Assembly (NCBI GenBank): GCA_002269645.1
Contig: NIVC01003940.1
Span: 4,647 to 68,646, forward strand
Origin: Macrostomum lignano
Taxonomy: Eukaryota
Direction of reading: 5' to 3'
Length of the DNA: 64,000 bases
In this document: positions 47,598 to 57,258 of the stretch, in pieces
Layout of the letters: each line of letters opens with the position of its first letter
Numbering within the stretch: position 1 is the stretch's first letter
Translations under genes and position numbers: made by a program
Notes under the pieces: generated by a model
What the model was told of the DNA's origin: nothing
What the model saw: the letters and a program-made list of their open reading frames with translations, nothing else
The model's database searches: none

Positions 47598-48379
47598 CTG
47601 TACTCCTACCACAACCCTTTGAGCAACGCACTTTTCAAGGCCCATCTCGAGAAGTATATCTGGCGCGGCATGTACTATAATAACCCCTTTGGCGCCATGC
47701 TGTACTGGGCCTTTGTTTATTATCCTGTTTAGGACTTGACTTGACCTTGAACCTGAAATTGATAGAAGAAATAATTTAACAAAAGGCAGAATAATATAAT
47801 GAAGTAAACTAGAACTATGCCCATTATCAAATTAAACTTATTTATTTGCTTATTAATAGTGTAGGACCTAGGTTTTGTGCTAAATTTCCACTTTCTAGGT
47901 TGTTAGTTGCCAATATAGCACCTTTTTGGAATACAATTTCAGATCTTGCAAACATGTAGCATAGATTTATAAACATGCTTAGACATAGTAAATGTTATAC
48001 ATCCCTATTGTAGTGCATGACTTAGATATGCCGGATGCCTACCTTAACTATACCACAGTAGCATGGTAGTTGATAGATAGAGAGAAGTACTTTGCTTTTT
48101 AGCTTTTTTTGTCTCTTGCTGTTTTCTTATACTATGCTAGGCCTCCTGCTGCTTTGCCATGCTGCACTGTGCTAGGCTAATCCACACTAGATGCTATCTA
48201 TCAAAATGCCGATGCATTGCAATTGGGTTATATATGAATAAGGCCTATAACTAATTTTGCAATAGTGCTACATAGCACTAAAATTAAGCAACTTGTATAT
48301 TGGAAATTTGTACATAGTATTTATACATGCAGTTATTCAAGTAAATATGATAATTGCTATTGCCAAAATGTTTATTTGT

Positions 48380-48549
48380 TATTCTTGGATGCAACCTAGG
48401 GATTTACCTGGCCATTTCTATTGGTAACACACACATAAGTCACTATTGGATAGAAGAGTAGTCACGTGACTGCTCTTAGCCAATAGCAACTTACATGTAT
48501 ATTTTGCCAATAGAAATGGCCAAATAATTTTCAAGGTTGCGCATGTATG
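48380..48549. mobile_element. hAT-type fold-back MITE, 170 bp
   Basis: 8-bp TSD TTATTTGT (48372-48379, 48550-48557); right end AGGTTGCGCATGTATG is the reverse complement of the left end of the 49641 element; left end decayed; internally palindromic. Confidence 0.75.
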
Positions 48550-49390
48550 TTATTTGTCACAAAATTATTGCCAAAATGTCTTTAAAATGCCTTATATGCC
48601 TATCTGGAAAAAAATATATACCTAGTACTACATAGATGATAAAGCATTTAGCTTTATTAATAAAGTCATTACTCTTGCCATTTACCCAAAATTACATTAG
48701 TTTTTACTTTGGTTTCTTTTATAGGTAAGTCACAATTTTGTTAAAATGTTGTATAGCTAGTATAAATATGGGGATAGCACATAACCATAAACATTTATTA
48801 ATAATAATAATAATAACAGGGCCTAGACAAAATAGACTATCAAACTTTCTTAACAATTATATTGTTACGTTAGTTAAGCTTATAAGTATTAATAGATAAG
48901 CCTAGCCTTTCTTTTTTTAAATAAATTTAAATTTCTACCTAGAACTAGGCCTGAGACAAGGCTACAAATGAAAAAACTATATGAAATAATTTTATATACT
49001 TTGCTATAACTCTTTGTTTGTCTTTTTTCCAAACCTAAATGTTTGATAAAGATTTTTGGGCTCTTATACAAGTTAATTTAGATATATTTTAGAGGCATTT
49101 AGGTACATATTATTGTTTGCTATATGTTGCAATTGAAATGTAACTGCTTCCAATTTATACTCTCCTTCCTTACTTGCAACCTTCCTAGTTTACACCAGCC
49201 ATGAAATATCAGTAGTGTTTGCTTGTTTTGACTTGTGGTCTCTTTGCCTAGCCATCCATATATACTGTACCATGTTGTGATGTTTCCATTTCATGCCAAC
49301 AAACTAGAGTTCTCAAGGCCGAACTGAAAGCTATTAATTATCGTGTGTCAAGCAAAGTTTAGACAATAAAATCGATAATCGGCTCACTCT

Positions 49391-52300
49391 ATGCCATTGC
49401 CAATTGGACGATTCTCTTTGACCAACGTTGCCCGACTTTATCAACTACCGAGGCTACTGCAAGTGCAGCACAATCTCAGAGCGGCAATGTCCTCCTCACC
49501 TGGATACCTAATTAATGAGCCTAAGTATGCTTGGCTGAAAGATCTTGGACTAGAGGTTAGTAATCAATATTTAAGTACACTGTGTACTGAATTGTTGTTA
49601 TTATTAAGCTTGAAATTTATGTTTTTATGGTAACTTAGAGCATACATGCGCAACCTCCGAAATTCGGTCGGCCATGCGACTTAGTTTTAACAAAAATGCG
49701 ACGTAGTTTTTGGCCAAAAATGCGACTTACATGTAAAAAAACCCTAAAGCAAAATTAACGCAACTTTAGGTAAACGGCAGGAGTAACTATGACTGTGTTA
49801 TTAATCCAAAATGCCTCGTCAGCTACTTAGTACTACTATTTGGTTATTTTTTCGGGTGGGCATTTTTGCGACTTCCTTGGTTGGCCGCCAAATCGGTCGG
49901 CCGGATCGGCCGACTCGGCCGACTGTTGCGCATGTATGACTTAGAGGGCCAACCCTTAAGGCACAGAGGGTGTACATGCCTGATGATTTGGAAATTCAGT
50001 ATTGTTGCAATTAGTGACGCAAAGTCATTAACAATGGTCTCAGCAAGTGTAGAACCCTCTGCAAACAATAACTTGTGCACTCCATATTCGCAGGAAGTCA
50101 ACAAAGGAGTGTACAGCGGCGGCGCCTGGAGCGGCAGCGGCAATCGGATTGACTCCATCTGTCCGGCTAATGGTAGAAAAATTGCCTCAGTAGTTGAAGG
50201 CACCCCGGAAGATTATAACAAACTGATTGAGGCGGCCCGGGCCGCTTGGCCAGCCTGGGCGGAGACCACGCCACCGGCTAGGGGAGAGATTGTTCGCCAG
50301 ATTGGCGACAATCTGCGCAAAAATCTGCAACTACTTGGCAAGCTGGTGTCGCTTGAAATGGGAAAAATTCTGCCCGAAGGGGTGGGCGAAGTGCAGGAAG
50401 TTGTTGACATTTGCGATTACGGTGTTGGATTGTCCAGGACGTTGAGCGGCCAGGTGAGGACCATCTGAAGGACCTGGCGGTTCTAAGGACCTGTTGGCGT
50501 TGGCGTTTTGAGGACCTAGTGGGGATCTGAGGACCTAGTGGGGTCCTGAGGATCTAGTAGGGTCCTGTCCGGAGGACGTAGTGGGTCCTGACCTGAGGAC
50601 GTAGTGGAGTCCTGACCTGAGGACGTAGTGGGGTCCTGACCTGAGGACGTAGTGGGGTCCTGAGAACCTATTGGGGTCCTGACCTGAGGACCTAGTGAAG
50701 TCCTGACCTGAGGACGTAGTGGGGTCCTGGGAACCTATTGGGGTCCTGACCTGAGGACCTATTGGGGTCCTGACCTGAGGACCTATTGGGGTCCTGACCT
50801 GAGGACCTAGTGAAGTCCTGACCTGAGGACCTAGTGGGGTCCTGTCCTGAGGACGTAGTGGGGTCCTGACCTGAGGACGTAGTGGGGTCCTTACCTGAGG
50901 ACCTATTGGGGTCCTGACCTGAGGACGTAGTGGGGTCCTGGGGACCTAGTGGGGTCCTGACCTGAGGACGTAGTGGGTTCCTGGGGACCTAGTGGGGTCC
51001 TGACCTGAGGACGTAGTGGGGTCCTGACCTGAGGACCTATTGGGGTCCTGACCTGAGGATCTAGTGGGGTCCTGAGGACCTAGTGGGGTCCTGACCTGAG
51101 GACGTAGTGGGGTCCTGACCTGAGGACCTATTGGGGTCCTGACCTGAGGATCTAGTGGGGTCCTGAGGACCTAGTGGGGTCCTGACCTGAAGACCTAGTG
51201 GGATTCTGAGGACCTGGCGGGGTTCTAAAAACCAACTGACCACCTGGGGATGTTTCGGGTTCAGTAGAGTGCTAAATGAATGATCAGATAGGAACTGTAA
51301 TTAATTAGTTATTATTATACAGTAATGTCTCAGATAGAGTAGGAGTAATATGAATCAGTTAAAACTTTAATGCATCACATCGTTCTTGCAGGCAGCTTAA
51401 TACTAGATGGTCAGTTGGTTTCGTTGAATTTTAAAACATACCACAAAGCGAAATAAAATTTCAAGGTGGTTACCTAGCAAATCTGTGGGGGTTAGATGGG
51501 TGAATATCTTAGAAGCAGACTGCTGTACAGTGGGTGTGGTCTATTACCCGAGTTTGTGTATAGCAGCAAGCGTTGGAAAGAAACTCGCTTTTCTTTCCGG
51601 TCGAAAATTTCTCTTACCCCACAGTGCTAGCGGTTGTGTCCAGGGCGGTTGAAATACCGAGCGTACACTGCAGGCCCTGGGGTTTTCAGTGACGAATGCC
51701 CGAAAGAAGGTTGATAAGCCATCTGAAAACGAATTAAAGTACTCGTTGGTAGTCAAAACAGTTTACGCAACAAACTACTTTCTTATCATTTATCAGTAGT
51801 ATGCTGTGATTAAAATTTGAGTTTTTGTGCAGAACTAATTAGGTGACGAGGCGTTAAAGCATTTACTCCCGAATTAAACGACTAGTAATCAGTGTACTAA
51901 TTAGATGACGAGGCGGTGCCATAGTCATGTTTACTCCCGCCTTTTACCCAGTAAAAGAGCACAATAAATGCATTGAATTTTACCAGGTGCTACCATCCGA
52001 GCGGCCCAATCACTCTCTAATGGAAGTGTGGAATCCACTGGGCGTCATCGGAGTCATCACCGCTTTCAACTTTCCCTGTGCCGTGTTTGGCTGGAACTTC
52101 AGCCTGTCAGCCGTGTGCGGCAATTGCACAGTGTGGAAGGGCGCCCCCAGCACGCCGCTGACTACCCTGGCTGTCACCAGAGTTGTAGCTGAAGTGTTCG
52201 AACGGAATGGCGTCCCGCCCGGCGTCCTGTCAGCCATCTGCGCCGGGGCCGACGTTGGAGCCGCGATGGCGGCTGACGAGCGACTGCCACTGGTGTCCTT

Positions 52301-53279
52301 TACCGGCAGCTGCGCCGTAGGGCGCGAGGTCAGGCTGCGCGGGGTTAAGGATGCCAAACTGGGGGGGGGAGGTCAAGGGTCTCAAACTTGGGTGGGGAGG
52401 TCAAGGGTGCCAAACTTGGGTGGGGAGGTCAAGGGTGCCAAACTTGGGTAAGGAGGTCAATGGTGCCAAACTGGGGATGGGGGTCAGAGGTGCCAAATTC
52501 AGGGGGCTCAGGGTGCCAAAAGGGGGGGTTAAGGGTGTTAAGCTTGGAAGGGAGGTCAAAGGTGCCTAACTTGAGTGGAGGTCAATGGTGCCTATCTTGG
52601 GAGGAGGTCAAGGGTGCCAAACTGGGGGGGGGGGTCAGGGTGCCAAACTCGGAAGGTCAAGAGTACCAAACTTAGAGGGGGGGGTCAAAAATGCCAAACT
52701 CGATGGAGTCAACGGTGTCAAACGTAAGGGGAGGTCAAGGGTGCCAAACTTGAGGGGGAGATCAAGAGTGCCAAATTCAGGGAGGGGTCAGGCAAGCTTT
52801 AGAGGGGTGCAATGCAAAACTTTAAGGGGGTCAGGGTGCCAAACTTCAGGGGAGGTCAAGGGTGCCAAACTTCAGGGGAGGTCAAGGGTGCCAAACTGTA
52901 GCTAAACTGGTTCAGCTGTGCCAATTTTTTCTCATTAAATATGGCCAGATTGCTAATAATGCGCCCCTCAGGTTGCGGTGACTGTGGCTGGCAGATTCGG
53001 CCGCAGTCTGCTCGAACTGGGCGGCAACAATGCCATCCTGGTGAACGCCGATGCGGATCTGGACATGGTTGTGCAGTCAGCCGTCTTCGCCTGCGCCGGC
53101 ACCGCCGGTCAGCGCTGCACCTCAACCAGGCGGCTGGTGTTGCACAGCTCCTTGCACGATCAGGTCGTATCCCGGCTGGGCAAGGCGCTGGAGTCGCTCA
53201 TGGCCAAGGCTGGCGATCCTGTTGAACAGGGCGTGCTGTACGGCCCGCTACACTCGCCTGCCTCCGTGGAAAAGTGAGT

Positions 53280-53326
<47 letters not shown>

Positions 53327-53448
53327 TTCTGTCTGACTGTCTGTCTGTCTGTCTGTCTTTCTGTCTTTCTGCAGTCTGTCTGTCTGTCTGTCTTTCTGTC
53401 TCAGTGTCTGTCTGTCTTTCTGTCTGTCTGTCTGTCTGTCTGTCTCAG

Positions 53449-53500
<52 letters not shown>

Positions 53501-53633
53501 AGGGTGTCTGTCTGTCTGTCTTTCTGTCTTTCTGTCTGTCTGCAGTCTGTCTGTCTGTCTGTCTGTCTGTCTCAGTGTCTGTCTGTCTTTCTGTCTGTCT
53601 GTCTGTCTGTCTGTCTCAGTGTCTGTCTGTCTT

Positions 53634-53672
<39 letters not shown>

Positions 53673-53675
53673 CAG

Positions 53676-53708
<33 letters not shown>

Positions 53709-53745
53709 CAGTGTCTGTCTGTCTGTCTCAGTGTCTGTCTGTCTT

Positions 53746-53795
<50 letters not shown>

Positions 53796-55270
53796 AGGGT
53801 GTCTGTCTGTCAATTTGTCAGTCTGTCCATCAGTCCATATCTACCACCGCGCACCAGATACGAGTCGGCACTCGGCAGTGGCCCGGGCCCAGGCGGAGGG
53901 CGGCCAGATCGTGTTCGGCGGCAAGCGAATCGCTCGGCTGTCCAGCAGCGGCGGCTACTTCGTCGAGCCGACCCTGATCACCGGGCTGAAGCCGGACTCG
54001 CCGCTGGTGCAAGAGAAGACTTTCGCTCCGATTGTGTACGCGCTCAAGTGCGACTCGCTTGACGAGGCTATTCGGATTAATAATTCGGTAAATTTTTTGT
54101 TTACTATCTGCGCTTATTTACTATGGACTACTGATTTCACTGGTAGAATTTGATAGACTCAAATCTCAAGTGGAAATAGTTAGAGATTAATTGGGATGCA
54201 GTGAGGTGAATGCACATTAGAAAGTGAGAATATTAGAACAGGAAGTTTAATTTGGTCGAGTGAGATTGGAAGAGAATGAGATTGGTAGGGAGTGAGATTG
54301 GTAGTGTGAGATGGGTAGAGTGAGAATATACGAGGTAGAGTGTGAGATTGGTGGAGAGTGTGATTTTGGTAGAGAGTGTGATTTTGGTAGAGAGTGTGAT
54401 TTTGGTAGACTGAGATTGGTAGAGTATGAGATTATAGTAGAGTGTGAGATTAGTATAGTGTGAGATTAGTGGAGTGTGAGATTGGTACAGTGAGATTAGT
54501 GGAGTGTGAGATTGGTAGAGAGTGAGATTGGTACAGTGAGATTGGTAGAGAGTGAGATTGGTAAGGAGGAGATTGGTTGAGTGAGATTGGTAGAGTGAGA
54601 TTGGTTGAGTGAGATTGGTAGAGAGTGAGATTGGTTGTGTGAGATTGGTAGAGTGAGATTGGTTGAGTGAGATTGGTTGAGTGAGATTGGTTGAGTGAGA
54701 TTGGTTGAGAGAGATTGGTTGAGTGAGATTGGTTGAGTGAGATTAGTAGAGTGAGATTGGTTGAGTGAGATTGGTAGAGAGTGAGATTGGTTGAGTGAGA
54801 TTAGTAGAGTGAGATTGGTTGAGTGAGATTGGTTGAGTGAGATTGGTTGAGTGAGATTAGTAGAGTGAGATTGGTTGAGTGAGATTGGTAGAGAGTGAGA
54901 TTGGTTGAGTGAGATTGGTTGAGTAAGATTGTTTGAGTGAGATTGGTAGAGTGAGATTACCAGTAGCAGATCTCCAGCCTCAGCCGCTAAACTCCCTCAG
55001 GTGAAGCAGGGCCTGTCATCCAGTTTATTCACCCGGGACCTCAGCAACCTGTTCCGCTGGATCGGGCCTCGCGGCTCCGACTGCGGCCTCGTCAACGTCA
55101 ATATACCGACGTCTGGCGCCGAGATTGGCGGCGCTTTCGGCGGCGAGAAGCACACTGGCGGAGGCCGGGAGTCTGGCAGCGACGCGTGGAAGCAGTACAT
55201 GCGACGGAGCACCTGCACTATCAACTATGGCAAGGACCTGCCGCTGGCTCAGGGCATCAAGTTTGAGTAG
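49391..55270 (+). CDS. ALDH7A1: Aldehyde dehydrogenase 7A1 (antiquitin). Exons 49391-49555, 50094-50453, 51987-52328, 52972-53273, 53858-54087, 55001-55270; 7-nt duplication frameshift in exon 5 as given
   Basis: [64 protein letters not shown] (catalytic Glu), AGQRC (catalytic Cys), and the family-specific end [31 protein letters not shown]. Exons total 1669 nt, or 1662 nt (553 aa plus stop) without the 7-nt duplicate. Confidence 0.95.
49641..49938. mobile_element. hAT-type MITE, 298 bp, in ALDH7A1 intron 1
   Basis: Perfect 14-bp TIR CATACATGCGCAAC; 8-bp TSD ACTTAGAG (49633-49640, 49939-49946). Confidence 0.92.
50497..51220. repeat. 24/19-bp satellite in ALDH7A1 intron 2
   Basis: GACCTGAGGACGTAGTGGGGTCCT; each unit contains the AGGAC/GTCCT inverted repeat. 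Confidence 0.93.
52340..52900. repeat. G-rich ~25-28-bp satellite in ALDH7A1 intron 3
   Basis: GGGAGGTCAAGGGTGCCAAACTT variants. Confidence 0.9.
53281..53825. repeat. (CTGT)n microsatellite filling ALDH7A1 intron 4
   Basis: Read directly. Confidence 0.96.
54255..54960. repeat. 14-bp satellite in ALDH7A1 intron 5
   Basis: GAGTGAGATTGGT(T/A). Confidence 0.93.
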
Positions 55271-55510
55271 GCTGGCTTCTAGCTCGTAGTTTTGCTGCGC
55301 GTTCAATATCGTCAAGTTGTTTGATGGATTGAATTCAATTTTTGACTGGCTTCGATTTTTTGTGTAAGGAAATCTTTGTTTACATTTTTTACAATACGAT
55401 CGTATTCTGCCTATACTACTATCGAATTCAGGGTTGCTTCATCTTAATCAATGTAAGTGTTAAAACATTTCCTCATATAAATCAGCTTTTCTCCCATCCC
55501 AAACTTTTCA

Positions 55511-55750
55511 TATCTAATCGCCCCTGTTCCCGTATCTAATCTCCCCTGTTCCCGTATCTAATCTCCCCTATTCCCGTATCTAATCTCCCCTGTTCCCGTA
55601 TCTAATCTCCCTGTTCCCGTATCTAATCTCCCCTGTTCCCGTATCTAATCTCCCCTGTTCCCGTATCTAATCTCCCCTGTTCCCGTATCTAATCTCCCCT
55701 GTTCCCGTATCTAATCTCCCCTGTTCCCGTATCTAATCTCCCCTGTTCCC
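55511..55750. repeat. 22-bp minisatellite, ~11 near-identical copies
   Basis: TATCTAATCTCCCCTGTTCCCG. Confidence 0.95.
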
Positions 55751-56283
55751 AATAATCTAATCCAATCTGATATATCCAATATGAACAAAAATAGTTCTTC
55801 CCATTATTTCGTGTATTAATTATGAACAATTGTCCGGTCAATCATAATGCCATGTTTATCACACCATTGTCATTCGCTTCCCTGCATCGGTGATCGAAAT
55901 CAATTATTTATTATTTTCTCCATAAAACTAATTTTTCAATTTCATTTTTTCTACAAGCATCGCATGTTATGCATTATCTAACCTTTAGCTTACTACTTTG
56001 AATTTAGCTAATTAGTAGTATGTAGACTAACCCGATAGCTAATTCACAATATTTTCATAAGCACGAGCGGTTGTTATTTTCGCAAATTATTTTATATGGT
56101 TCTGTATGCCAATAAGAAACGTATATCATTTTGAGTAATATATTTCTACCAATACTGATAATAAAGTTGAACTCATTCTTGCATGCTTTTCTGCTCAGTT
56201 AAAAAGCAAACTGCAATTCCGCGTTGTCTTCATTTCTATCGGTTCGCTTCGTTTAGTTGTCACGAAAGATTTGTGAGGCCCGC

Positions 56284-57086
56284 TTGCCCTCTTCCCTTCC
56301 CCTCTTCCCTTCCTCTCTTCCCTTCCCCTCTTCTCTTCCCCTCTTCCCTTCCCCTCTTCTCTTGCCCTCTTCTCTTCCTCTCTTCTCTTCCCCTCTTCCC
56401 TTCCCCTCTTCTCTTGCCACCTCTTCCCCTCTTCTCTTCCCCTCTTCTCTTCCCCTCTTCTCTTGCCCTCTTCTCTTCCCCTCTTCCCTTCCCCTCTTCC
56501 CTTCCCCTCTTCCCTTCCCTCTTCTCTTCCCCTCTTCCCTTCCCCTCTTCTCTTGCCCTCTTCTCTTCCTCTCTTCTCTTCCCCTCTTCCCTTCCCCTCT
56601 TCTCTTGCCACCTCTTCCCCTCTTCTCTTCCCCTCTTCTCTTGCCCTCTTCTCTTGCCCTCTTCTCTTCCCCTCTTCTCTTCCCCTCTTCTCTTGCCCTC
56701 TTCTCTTCCCCTCTTCTCTTCCCCTCTTCTCTTGCCCTCTTCTCTTCCCCTCTTCTCTTGCCCTCTTCTCTTCCTCTCTTCTCTTCCCCTCTTCCCTTCC
56801 CCTCTTCTCTTGCCCTCTTCCCTTCCCCTCTTCTCTTGCCCTCTTCTCTTCCTCTCTTCTCTTCCCCTCTTCTCTTGCCCTCTACTCTTGCCCTCTTCTC
56901 TTCCCCTCTTTCTTCTCTTCCCCTCTTTCTTCTCTTCCCCTCTTTCTTCTCTTCCCCTCTTTCTTCTCTTCCCCTCTTCTCTTCCCCCTCTCTTCCCCTC
57001 TTCTCTTGCCCCCTTCTCTTGCCATCTTCTATTCCCCTCTTCTCTTGCCCTCTACTCTTGCCCTCTTCTCTTGCCCTCTTCTTCCC
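56284..57086. repeat. ~800-bp polypyrimidine/polypurine low-complexity tract
   Basis: CTCTTCCC / CTCTTCTCTTGCC units, almost entirely C/T on the + strand. Confidence 0.95.
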
Positions 57087-57258
57087 CAAGTATTCATCAA
57101 ATGCGCAACTTAACCGAAATATCTGGGGTCCGTTTTCAATCTGTCTTCCCCTTACCTACTGCAGACTAATTTTACTGAAAATAGGCAGTTCTTGAAGACC
57201 CAGTTTTTCTGTAGTTAAAATGCAACACTTCTTTAATTTCTCTTTCAAGACTTTGGAA

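Noticed and set aside
56183-57195. Long FPSSLPL/RGEEK ORFs
   Set aside because: They are translations of the purine/pyrimidine tract.
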